From Candidatus Micrarchaeota archaeon (GTDB taxonomy: Archaea; Micrarchaeota; Micrarchaeia; Micrarchaeales; CABMGC01), in NCBI GenBank assembly GCA_027315135.1, contig DAHUYR010000021.1, positions 1-55,750 on the forward strand: a DNA stretch of 55,750 bases, in the 5' to 3' direction. The position numbers and the translations under genes are program-made. Below the pieces are notes generated by a model. It did no database searches, was not told the DNA's origin, and saw only the letters and a program-made list of their open reading frames with translations. This document shows, piece after piece, positions 8,835-17,911 of this stretch. The first letter of the stretch is position 1. Each line of letters starts with the position of its first letter.

Positions 8835-9332
8835 ATGAAAGGAGCATTCTTAGACAAGAAGTCAAAGTTGGCATCAGGTCTTTCAATATTAGCTATTTTT
8901 GGGTTGGTAGCAGGAATAGTATTGGCTACTGGCACTACCGATCTGGTTTCCGCTTCAGTAACAATAAACAGTTATTGTTCATTCACAGTAAGCAATACTG
9001 CAATTGATTTTGGCAGCCTTTTCCCAGGAAATACTATACCGACTGACAATGTCATTACAGTAAGTGACACAGGAAACATTGGATCTAACATACTTACTTC
9101 AGGAAGCAACTGGGCGTTTGCATCAAACACGTTCGGCGTTACTAATACTGTATGGAGTCCAACTTCCGGAACCACCTATGCTTCAGCAACTCCTCTTACA
9201 GGAACTACTACGGATACTAAAATAGTAGTAACCACAACAACTTCAAATGATATATACTATGGTTTAGGAATCCCAGCAGGCGAAGCTCCTGGAACATACT
9301 CTCAAACTATTAACGTAATCTCGAGTTGTTGA
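8835..9332 (+). CDS. Secreted Csu/SCPU- or WxL-like beta-sandwich protein, putative major pilin
   Basis: Signal peptide (..GIVLA), C-x8-IDFG, C-terminal IPAGEAPGTYSQTINV; only two Cys (48 and terminal 165). Confidence 0.75.
   Translation: MKGAFLDKKSKLASGLSILAIFGLVAGIVLATGTTDLVSASVTINSYCSFTVSNTAIDFGSLFPGNTIPTDNVITVSDTGNIGSNILTSGSNWAFASNTFGVTNTVWSPTSGTTYASATPLTGTTTDTKIVVTTTTSNDIYYGLGIPAGEAPGTYSQTINVISSC
9265..9310 (+). repeat. Perfect 46-bp inverted repeat, left arm (partner 10280-10325)
   Basis: taggaatcccagcaggcgaagctcctggaacatactctcaaactat is the exact reverse complement of 10280-10325. Confidence 0.97.
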
Positions 9333-9364
9333 CTGATTAAAGCTTACAATACTAACGTGATAAC

Positions 9365-9994
9365 GTGGGCAATAAACTGCTTGTTTCGGTACTTCTACTA
9401 TGTACGTTATCTGTGATGGTGACAGCAGCTAACCAAACAGGAAAACTTGCCACCAATCCAACCTCTAACATTACTTCAAATAAGACAAGCAACCAAACTG
9501 TTGCTCTAGGATCCGGAGGTTTTGGAGAATTTGAAGGTAATCTTGTTTACGTTCTATCATCGGGCTCTTCACATACTGAGTACTGGACACTTGTCAACAA
9601 ATTTGCATATCCTGTAAGTTTCTACATAGTGCCTCCAAATTTCAGTGGTTCACAAGCCCCTCCAACCCTTGTATTCTCAGAGCTTAACGGAACTATACCT
9701 GCGCAGTCTAATCTGACCATAAGCGTTATTGCATATTCTCCATCATGGACAGCATATCTTTTTGACACGAACAGCAGCCACTGGAGCGGCTACGCTACTG
9801 CATATGCGTCAGGCACAGCTACAAATGCTGGCGGAGCGAGCATAGTACTGGGCACTGCAAAACTCATAATGGTGACGTTTAATCCTTCAAACATGCTCCC
9901 AACAATAATAACTGCAGTAGTGATCATAGTAGTAATTGTGGCAGTTTCGTACTATTTGTACAGAAGAAGAAAGAAAAGCAGCAGACGCAGGTAA
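9365..9994 (+). CDS. Secreted single Ig-like-domain protein with C-terminal membrane anchor
   Basis: Signal peptide, N-x-S/T-rich linker, beta-rich domain, TM helix plus YRRRKKSSRRR. Confidence 0.8.
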   Translation: MGNKLLVSVLLLCTLSVMVTAANQTGKLATNPTSNITSNKTSNQTVALGSGGFGEFEGNLVYVLSSGSSHTEYWTLVNKFAYPVSFYIVPPNFSGSQAPPTLVFSELNGTIPAQSNLTISVIAYSPSWTAYLFDTNSSHWSGYATAYASGTATNAGGASIVLGTAKLIMVTFNPSNMLPTIITAVVIIVVIVAVSYYLYRRRKKSSRRR

Positions 9995-10257
9995 CTAGGA
10001 AGTTGCCAATGCTTCTAAAGTAAGCTTCCAAAGCACTCCTACCTTTCATATATTCCTTCAAATTTTTCTAATTAACTTTATACTTTGCACCTTTTGCCTC
10101 TGTTGTTATGCTCTTAATTACGCTGCATAAGTGACATCTACTCAGAAAAAGAATTTATGGTCTGAGTTCATTCCACACTTGAAAGAGGTGCGATATTGCA
10201 AGCTCTGAAAACATTAAACATGTGCCTGTAAGCATGCAAGATATACGAACATATTCG

Positions 10258-13200
10258 TCAGCATGAAGAGATTATGTTTATAGTTTGAGAGTATGTTCCA
10301 GGAGCTTCGCCTGCTGGGATTCCTATTCCAAAATAAATATCTTTACTGTTCGATGCGCCTAAAGTAACTTCGGTATCGTATTCTGTAGATGTTAATGCAT
10401 TCGCAGTAATATATGGTACGTTTATGGACCATGACCAAACCGTATTTGTGACTCCGAAAGTATTTGTTCCAAATGCCCACGAATTTCCGCTTAGGAGCAC
10501 ATTTGAAGGAGTATTTCCAGTATTTGTTATGAGTATTGCATTTTGTGTTGCAATAACGTTTCCAGGATTTATAAGCCCAAAGTTTATTACAGAGTTACTT
10601 GTTGTAAAAGAACAGGTATTAGAACCAGACACTATTGTAAGTGTTCCGGATTTTATTGAATTTGTTGTTTCTGGGCTGTACGCTGAGTCTGTTACTATTA
10701 CATTTGTTTGCACAGTATTACCCAAATCAGCACTTGGTATTGTCCATGCAAAGCTGTTTGAGGTTCCCGATATTCCTGTAAAGAGCATGTTTGCCACTAG
10801 GTTTCCTGTTACTGTGTTTACTATTAGGTAGTTGGCAGTGTATGTAGGCGTTCCTCCTGTCCATGAAGCTGTAAAGGTTATTGTGTTGCCTGATCCAAGA
10901 CTGGCCGGCAATACTGGAGATGAGATTAGGATTGGAACTGACAAAGCCGGATTTACCGTTACTTCACTGTTTATTGAATTTGTAGTTTGGACATTAGTTT
11001 GGACAATTCCTAAGTAGTAAGTAGAGCATAGTTTAGTTAGAGGATTAATAAGAGTGCATTCTAATACGTATGCATATGAACCATCAGGGGAGATTCCAAC
11101 GTATTGAGGGTCTTTAACTGCCGAGGAAGAATAAGCCTGAGTTATGGTATTAGTCGCTGTATCAATTACATCTATTAGATATGTATTAGAAGATACTGAT
11201 GTTACGTAGGCATAGGTTCCTGAAGGAGCTATGCTCACGCCTGTTGGGTCAAAAGAAACTGTCGTTATTGAACCTGTTACTGCATTTGTGGCTGTATTGA
11301 TTATTGCTACATTAAAATTACCATTATTTGATGCATATGCAAAGGTGCCGGAAGGGGAGAATGATACTGAAGTTGGACTACTGAAGCCGCTGGATATTGA
11401 AGCTGTCACTGAGTTGGTTGCTGTGTCGATAATAGATACGGTGCCGCTATTGTAATTTGCCACGTATGCATATGAGCCGTCAGGGGAGAATGCGACACTG
11501 TATGGAAGATTCAAACCTGTAGTTATTGCTCCAGTTACTGCATTTGTAGCAGTATTTATTATTACTATATTTGTCGGAGCACCTGTGTTAACTACATATG
11601 CATATGTGCCTGAAGGAGCTATACTGACTCCCTCTGGGCTGTTAAAGCCCGCAGTTATTGCGCCTGTTACTGCATTGGTTGCTGTGTTGAGTATTACTAC
11701 ATTGTTGCCAAGAGGATCTGTTACATATGCAAAGGTGCCTGAAGGGGAGAAGGCTAATTGCCGAACATCTTCTGTATCGGACAATGTAGAACCTATGGAA
11801 GGCGAATATATGTTGTTCTCAGTTACAAATATGCAGTAATACGTGTTTGAGGCTGGGCTTACAGAAGAAAATGTTGCAGAAGTTGATGACAGTCCGATTT
11901 CCTGTTCAACTAAAGTGGACTGCTGGTTGCAGGTTGAGGTTGATGAAGAATATAAAGATGCTCCATATGTTGAGGTTCCTCCTAACCATGTGCTGCTGAA
12001 AGTTACAGACTGACCTGAATCTATTGCTGGGTCGGAAGGGCTGATTGTTGGAGTGGTTAAGCCCTGACTTATTCCGAACGTAGATGAATAAATCGAATTG
12101 AATGTTGTTGGGCTTGAATCAGTCACTATCACATTAAACTGTTCAGGCGAATTTGCCACGTCTGCGCTAGTTGTTGTATACGTGAAAGTATTGCTGGTTG
12201 CCGATACTCCTGTAAACAGCATATTTGCCGTTACTGCATCGGTTATGCTGTTTGATACTATCCAATTATAGGTATACGGACCTGTCCCTGTACTTACGGT
12301 AGCAGTACATGAGACTGATTGGCCTGATTGCATAACAGTTGTAGATGGGCAGGTTGATAAGCTTACAGAAGGTATGGGAGGAAGAACGAGTATTGGAGGA
12401 CTTGTGCCATAATTAAACACATATATTTGACCATTCCCTCCATTTCCTCCCACTCCTGCAGAGCCGCTACTACCGCCTGTACCGCCTGAAACAGTTATTC
12501 CTGATGTAGACGGAGCAGTACCTACTCCATTATATGCAAGAAGTACAAATCCACCGCCTGCTCCTCCACCACCTGATGACGAATGCTTTCCACCGCCTCT
12601 TCCACCTGAACCACCGGCAGTACCTGCCGTAGCTCCACCTGTTCCTCCTGTTGTTGCTGCAGTAGCGGTAGTGCCAGCGCCACCACTACCTAAAGCCTGT
12701 ATGGTTCCTGTAGTGATTGAATTAGCCTGTATATATATGCCGTACGCCCCGTCTCCTCCAAGATCTCCTGAACCATCACCACCGCCTCCTCCACCTGCAC
12801 CTGAATCATAGTTTACAAATGGCCCGCCGTACCATGTTTGGATTAGTGAACCTGTAATAGAAGGTAATGTTGGAGTAGAACCTGGAGAACCTGGGACACC
12901 GCCTCCTCCACCTCCTCCACCTCCGCCTCCTGAGCCTGCGTAAGAACTTGTATAGGAACCTCCAGCTCCTCCACTACCTGCTCCTCCATTCGGGCTATGT
13001 CCGGTAGATATTACGCCATTGTTTATAACACTATTACTGCAGAGTATGTCATATCCATCTGTAGTTAGCGTTATCCCTGAGTTAATAGTAAGTGAACCGC
13101 AAACAAGGTCGCTTCCCAGAATAGTACTACTAGATATGACAAGGTTTGTATTTGCAGTTGTGTAGTATACTGTAGGATCGACAGCTGAATAGTTACTGTT

Positions 13201-14082
13201 CCCTTTTGTCTCAAATACTATCTCACTTGATTCGGTGCTTGGTATATTTGAAAAAGATACCAATTTGTTTATTGAAATAGCAGATATGTTTCCACCATCC
13301 TTCAATACACCTCCTACATAAATTTTGTACGAATAGTTAATCCCTGTATTACCGGATATTGAACTTGAAAGGCTAGCGTTAAGATTATAGCTATTAGTAA
13401 GATATACTGCTGATCCAAAGGTTTTATACGGGCTGACAAGCACGTTTTCAACAGGCTCTGACGAATTGATTATAACTCTGCCTAATTTAACCTCAAGATT
13501 CGGAACTGCTTTTGTGATGGAGATATTATATAAGCGAAGTATGCTTCCATTCTGTATATATATTGCATAATGGCTGGACGTACCTGCACCGACATCTCTG
13601 CCTTTATTAGATAGATATCCGTAAGGTATTGTTAGGTTGTAGTCCTCAATCATTACGTTTTGCGCTGCAGGTGCAATACTGCATTTTGAAGAGTTGATTA
13701 GATTCTGAAGCTGCGGCGTGCTTATTGGAACAGTTGAGTTAAGTTCAGAATATAAGTTTCCCGAAAAATTGTTTTCAATATAAACCATGTTATTTTTATA
13801 GTATCTCGATATAGTTTCGTTTAATCCGTAACATAATCCGGATGTTTGGGTAAGTGCTGTCCCATTCGTCAGATTTGTTGCAACTGTGGAGTTAGGTGCT
13901 GAGTTAGTTGAATTTCTGACAGTAATGGTTGAATTATAAGACTGATTTAAGAGTGTATTCGAGGAGCTATTAACAGATGCATATGTATTGTTTGTATAAT
14001 AAGCGTATACAATGAATCCTGGTAGGATAACTATAAGTAAAGATAATATAGCATACTTGAACAGGTTTTTCATTTTATGCAT
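10258..14082 (-). CDS. Giant surface adhesin: Gly-rich domain, Ig/PKD-like repeats, YVTN beta-propeller, C-terminal pilin-like domain
   Basis: Signal peptide; GGGGG tracts; repeated (F/I)(S/A)P(S/D)G(T/S)(F/Y)AY..I.TATN blades; last 118 aa are 59% identical to the 8835 protein; no C-terminal TM. Confidence 0.88.
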   Translation of the reverse strand: MHKMKNLFKYAILSLLIVILPGFIVYAYYTNNTYASVNSSSNTLLNQSYNSTITVRNSTNSAPNSTVATNLTNGTALTQTSGLCYGLNETISRYYKNNMVYIENNFSGNLYSELNSTVPISTPQLQNLINSSKCSIAPAAQNVMIEDYNLTIPYGYLSNKGRDVGAGTSSHYAIYIQNGSILRLYNISITKAVPNLEVKLGRVIINSSEPVENVLVSPYKTFGSAVYLTNSYNLNASLSSSISGNTGINYSYKIYVGGVLKDGGNISAISINKLVSFSNIPSTESSEIVFETKGNSNYSAVDPTVYYTTANTNLVISSSTILGSDLVCGSLTINSGITLTTDGYDILCSNSVINNGVISTGHSPNGGAGSGGAGGSYTSSYAGSGGGGGGGGGGGVPGSPGSTPTLPSITGSLIQTWYGGPFVNYDSGAGGGGGGDGSGDLGGDGAYGIYIQANSITTGTIQALGSGGAGTTATAATTGGTGGATAGTAGGSGGRGGGKHSSSGGGGAGGGFVLLAYNGVGTAPSTSGITVSGGTGGSSGSAGVGGNGGNGQIYVFNYGTSPPILVLPPIPSVSLSTCPSTTVMQSGQSVSCTATVSTGTGPYTYNWIVSNSITDAVTANMLFTGVSATSNTFTYTTTSADVANSPEQFNVIVTDSSPTTFNSIYSSTFGISQGLTTPTISPSDPAIDSGQSVTFSSTWLGGTSTYGASLYSSSTSTCNQQSTLVEQEIGLSSTSATFSSVSPASNTYYCIFVTENNIYSPSIGSTLSDTEDVRQLAFSPSGTFAYVTDPLGNNVVILNTATNAVTGAITAGFNSPEGVSIAPSGTYAYVVNTGAPTNIVIINTATNAVTGAITTGLNLPYSVAFSPDGSYAYVANYNSGTVSIIDTATNSVTASISSGFSSPTSVSFSPSGTFAYASNNGNFNVAIINTATNAVTGSITTVSFDPTGVSIAPSGTYAYVTSVSSNTYLIDVIDTATNTITQAYSSSAVKDPQYVGISPDGSYAYVLECTLINPLTKLCSTYYLGIVQTNVQTTNSINSEVTVNPALSVPILISSPVLPASLGSGNTITFTASWTGGTPTYTANYLIVNTVTGNLVANMLFTGISGTSNSFAWTIPSADLGNTVQTNVIVTDSAYSPETTNSIKSGTLTIVSGSNTCSFTTSNSVINFGLINPGNVIATQNAILITNTGNTPSNVLLSGNSWAFGTNTFGVTNTVWSWSINVPYITANALTSTEYDTEVTLGASNSKDIYFGIGIPAGEAPGTYSQTINIISSC
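10280..10325 (-). repeat. Perfect 46-bp inverted repeat, right arm
   Basis: Exact reverse complement of 9265-9310. Confidence 0.97.
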
Positions 14083-14096
14083 GTAAACTACTTTAT

Positions 14097-14891
14097 TCAG
14101 CCAAAGAGTAATTTGAGCAAAGCCCTAAACAGACTGCGCTTCGGCATCCTTCCTTCAGATGCAGGATTCTCTGTCTTGTACACGTATTTTTCGCTTAGCG
14201 TGTTTGCTGCTTTGGAAAACGGATCTTTAGAATTCAGCATCACTGCAGGTATGTGCTTGGCTATGCTTATCGGAACAAGTTCGGATTCAGGGAACATGCC
14301 GTCTGGTTTCTTGCCATATATGCCACTTATGTCTCGCATCGGTATCTCATAATTCTTATGTTTAACCCTATTGATAATCAGTGAATGCTTAAGGTTGGCC
14401 TTATCATATCTGGCAGCAAGCTTCAGCACGCTTTGAAGAGCAGGGAGATCTGGAGTAGTTAATATAACAGCTTCATCATAGAAACCAGTTAATTCACTGT
14501 CGAATTGCCCTGGGGGAGTGTCTGCGATTACGAAATCATAGCCTGCTTTTATGATGTCGTTCTTGAATAATTGGTAATGTTCTGCATTGGTTAGCAGGCT
14601 CTTCGCGTTAAGCTCACATGGTACAACGTGCATTCCGCTTGGTTCATGGACTACTGTTGCATTTTGTAATTTGGTCCTTCTATAAATGACTGATTGCATG
14701 CCTATATTGACATCTTCAAGTCCGAGATGAAACCCCACGCTAGGATTTGAAAAATCAGTATCGTAAAGTAGTACTTTATAGCCCATAATGGAAAGCAGAG
14801 CAGATAGATTAACGGCAACAGTTGTCTTACCAACGCCACCTTTTTGTGAAGATATCCTGATCAGGTATACACTATCTGACATCACTATCAA
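14097..14891 (-). CDS. MinD/ParA-family ATPase with C-terminal amphipathic helix
   Basis: Deviant Walker A QKGGVGKTT, DTD, DFVIADTPPG, IINRV; tail RSLFRALLKLLFG. Confidence 0.9.
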   Translation of the reverse strand: MIVMSDSVYLIRISSQKGGVGKTTVAVNLSALLSIMGYKVLLYDTDFSNPSVGFHLGLEDVNIGMQSVIYRRTKLQNATVVHEPSGMHVVPCELNAKSLLTNAEHYQLFKNDIIKAGYDFVIADTPPGQFDSELTGFYDEAVILTTPDLPALQSVLKLAARYDKANLKHSLIINRVKHKNYEIPMRDISGIYGKKPDGMFPESELVPISIAKHIPAVMLNSKDPFSKAANTLSEKYVYKTENPASEGRMPKRSLFRALLKLLFG

Positions 14892-16923
14892 TCTCGCTCC
14901 GCTTAATTCTATCGCGTAATCTTATTATTCTTTGTCTGTCCTCCGGATCTATCTGATTTACATGCCTAGCCAGTATGGACCGTAAGATTAGGTAAAAAAG
15001 CGTTATTATGATTAGAATTGATAGTGTAAAAAGTACATACTGTCTGTTTGCAAGCATAAACGATATTAGAGGATATGCTGACACCTGCTGTGCAGTATAT
15101 GTGGCTTGGCTCGGTAGTACGATTAATGGCAGTGTTTCATTGTATGATGCACCTGTTGTAGAAACTGCAAGCTGAGCTATAGTTGTACCGGTTGCATTGT
15201 AAGCGTGTATGTTGAAACTATGGCTTACCAATTCATTCGGTGTGGCATTTACATAAGCGATAGGGTTTAATATTTGCAGGTTCTGCCCTCCAGAAAGCAT
15301 GAACTTTATCTGCGCAGCAACGGTTCCGGTATATAACGCAAACACATCTACCGTACCGTTCGCATTCTGATACAAGCTCGGTGCATCTATCCTAACTATT
15401 TTCATTATGCTAGAATTTGATGCTGTTGAAGGCTCATTGAAAACAGTCTGTACATTATCTAATGCCAGAGGGCTCTGTAGTTTGTTTATTGAGTAATAAG
15501 CGTAGAGTGTTTGATTTGGAGGTAGGACCGGAACATTCCATTTTATATTATAACTAAGCTTTGTCATCGATACGTTATTTGGCATGCCGTACGCGCGGAC
15601 ATGCGAGAGGTTTCCTACGAGTAGCGGAATCTGTGCGTATAACGTTGCATTCTTTATTGTCGTATTTTTAAGAGAACTTATAGATATCGTTGCCTGCGCT
15701 GTAGAAAACGAATCGAATGATTGTACCTGCGTGGAGATGGAGACAGGCAGGTTATTAAATTGTATACTCTTGGGGTAGGATACGAATTTGGAATAAGTGG
15801 TTATTTTTACAATCTTTCCAGAAGCAGATATGCCTGTTATGTTCAATGGGATTATGTATGTTCCGCTGGGAATGCCTGAAGAGTTAAATACAAGCTGTAC
15901 GTACTGGGTGCTGTTTTTATATAATGTAATAGTTTTTGAAGAAAAGAGTAACGTATTGGAAAATTCCTGAGGCACGCTCAGATATGCTGTTAGATTATCC
16001 TGCCCAGTAAGCCCTAATATTGATGATACCTGCTGCCCAGAGGTTGTTGTGACATATATCGGCATGGAAGTTATAGATATGCCTGGTATCTGTTTTGTGC
16101 TCTGTAATACTGTTGCGTTTTGGAGATATCCTGCTGAAGCAGTAGGTACTGGCCCTACGGAAGGATGGTTTTGTACTGCGTTTATCACATAAGATACTGA
16201 ATTTGAGACATAATTTTCTGGTACGGTGTTAGAGACATATGAAAGATTTGCTGTTACAGTATATTTGCCAGGAAGTGCAGTAGCATTATTCACTATAACT
16301 ATGGTGTTCTCGCTCTCTGATGGAGATAGTGGGTTTAGTAATTGTGACAGATGATAAACAAGCGTTTTTGTTCCGGAAGACTTGGTTATTGAAAGGTTTA
16401 GAGAGACTGAATTAATAGCATAGTAACCAGAATCTTTTAAGGTAAGATAAACATAGAGAGGGGTATTTAGGTTTGCAGAACTTAAGGAGAGATTAGTTAT
16501 TATAAGACGTGCCGGTGCGAGGAGTTGAAATTCTGAAGTATTCTGATTCTGGAACCCATTGCTGTGCAGGTAAATTTTCGCAGTATAATTGCCTATTGGA
16601 ATGGAGTTCGCCACTATTGCCAGGTTTATAGTCCGAATTATTTGATTCAGGTTGCTAATATTCTGCGAGTAATTTAACACAGTGCTGCCATTTTCAGCAA
16701 GAGAAAAGTAGCCGTTCAAATCAGGTATCCCACATGTTGAAGTGGTCTGTGCTGTATAGTTTATATGTATATTTCCAATGTCAGGATATACTGGCAAGGT
16801 GGATAAATGCAGTGAGTAAGGACAGTTTATTGTGATATTGGCGTATATTAAATTAGAAGACGCATGCAACATCGTAGTACCGAGCAACAGCGCAAGTAAC
16901 ATATATGCTTTTTGAAGACTCAT
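14872..16923 (-). CDS. Multi-Ig (CARDB-like) surface protein with C-terminal TM anchor
   Basis: Signal peptide, repeated P.G.Y..(T/I) beta-sandwich motifs, many N-x-S/T sequons, TM near the C-terminus, charged cytoplasmic tail. Confidence 0.8.
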   Translation of the reverse strand: MSLQKAYMLLALLLGTTMLHASSNLIYANITINCPYSLHLSTLPVYPDIGNIHINYTAQTTSTCGIPDLNGYFSLAENGSTVLNYSQNISNLNQIIRTINLAIVANSIPIGNYTAKIYLHSNGFQNQNTSEFQLLAPARLIITNLSLSSANLNTPLYVYLTLKDSGYYAINSVSLNLSITKSSGTKTLVYHLSQLLNPLSPSESENTIVIVNNATALPGKYTVTANLSYVSNTVPENYVSNSVSYVINAVQNHPSVGPVPTASAGYLQNATVLQSTKQIPGISITSMPIYVTTTSGQQVSSILGLTGQDNLTAYLSVPQEFSNTLLFSSKTITLYKNSTQYVQLVFNSSGIPSGTYIIPLNITGISASGKIVKITTYSKFVSYPKSIQFNNLPVSISTQVQSFDSFSTAQATISISSLKNTTIKNATLYAQIPLLVGNLSHVRAYGMPNNVSMTKLSYNIKWNVPVLPPNQTLYAYYSINKLQSPLALDNVQTVFNEPSTASNSSIMKIVRIDAPSLYQNANGTVDVFALYTGTVAAQIKFMLSGGQNLQILNPIAYVNATPNELVSHSFNIHAYNATGTTIAQLAVSTTGASYNETLPLIVLPSQATYTAQQVSAYPLISFMLANRQYVLFTLSILIIITLFYLILRSILARHVNQIDPEDRQRIIRLRDRIKRSEIDSDVR

Positions 16924-17045
16924 GGCATTCTATTTAAGATATATAAGTAGTTATTTATTACTGTGTTCAGGGGCGTAACTAGGGCGTCTTACGCCTATCC
17001 ATTATCACTATCGTCAATGCGCATAGTCTATTACGCCCAGTTGTT

Positions 17046-17127
17046 TCAAGCCCCAAACCTGCCTGTCTCTGAAAGCAAATGCTTATTTTACACCATGTGC
17101 GTGCTTAAGTTTTTGTACAAATTGCAT
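17046..17127 (-). pseudogene. Frameshifted copy of the 8072-8200 ORF
   Basis: MQFVQKLKHAHGVK* with a +1 nt shift, then KHLLSETGRFGA*. Confidence 0.7.
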
Positions 17128-17213
17128 TTTATCACACCCAGCCAAGATTTTTATGGTTCTTAAAATCATAACCAGCATTCGATGATAGTCTACTAACAAG
17201 AACTTACTCCTGC
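17054..17213 (+). repeat. Direct repeat A' (partner 8128-8285)
   Basis: See repeat A. Confidence 0.92.
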
Positions 17214-17287
17214 TCCTGCGTAATTTGTAAGCAGCTCAAGTTCGCCAGACCTGTCATCCTCATTTTTTATGTATACCTTCAATGATG

Positions 17288-17911
17288 TTATACTATGCCT
17301 AATTTTTTGAAATCACTCTTAAGCGTTTGGAGATTGATGAACAATACTCCTTTCATTCCCAATTCATTTGCAGCAGCGACATTAGGCTGAAAGTCGTCTA
17401 CGAACACACATTCCTCTAAATTGGCTCCTATTTTGGCGATTGCATTGAGAAATGCCTTCTTGTCTGGCTTTTTCAATTTTTCCTTGTAGGATTTGAATAT
17501 ATTTTCAAAGTGACTGTCCACTTCGCTTACCCATTTGTCTGAGCTTCTGTCAAGATCAATGGTGTCTGTAAGCATGTGGATTTTGTAGTTCTTTTTGAGT
17601 TGTCTTACATAATCTAACAGATCCCAATTAATCTGTTCCTTTTCAGTCATGTTGTAAGCTTTCCATGCAGTGTAAGACTCGGTTATATCAAGGTGCAATC
17701 CAAGCTTGGTGTTCATCGACGCTAGAAAATCCTTTGGTGTTTCTTGACCTGTCAATAACTTTTCTTTGTTGTTTTTCCAGATTTCCGATGCCTTTTGTTC
17801 AGAGATGTTGAAGACTCTGGCCAAATCTTTTGGCACGCCAGTATGCTTTCCACCTAAATACAGAAAGACTCCGCCAAAGTCGAAGATTATGTGTTTGTAC
17901 ATAAATACCAT
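17288..17911 (-). CDS. HAD-family phosphatase
   Basis: IIFDFGGV, KKPD, CVFVDD..NV.AA..LGM.G. Confidence 0.9.
   Translation of the reverse strand: MVFMYKHIIFDFGGVFLYLGGKHTGVPKDLARVFNISEQKASEIWKNNKEKLLTGQETPKDFLASMNTKLGLHLDITESYTAWKAYNMTEKEQINWDLLDYVRQLKKNYKIHMLTDTIDLDRSSDKWVSEVDSHFENIFKSYKEKLKKPDKKAFLNAIAKIGANLEECVFVDDFQPNVAAANELGMKGVLFINLQTLKSDFKKLGIV

Noticed and set aside
11200..11760. ~126-bp periodic DNA repeats as a non-coding array or DGR template
   Set aside because: They are in-frame YVTN propeller blades; no adenine-specific variation pattern noticed and no RT nearby
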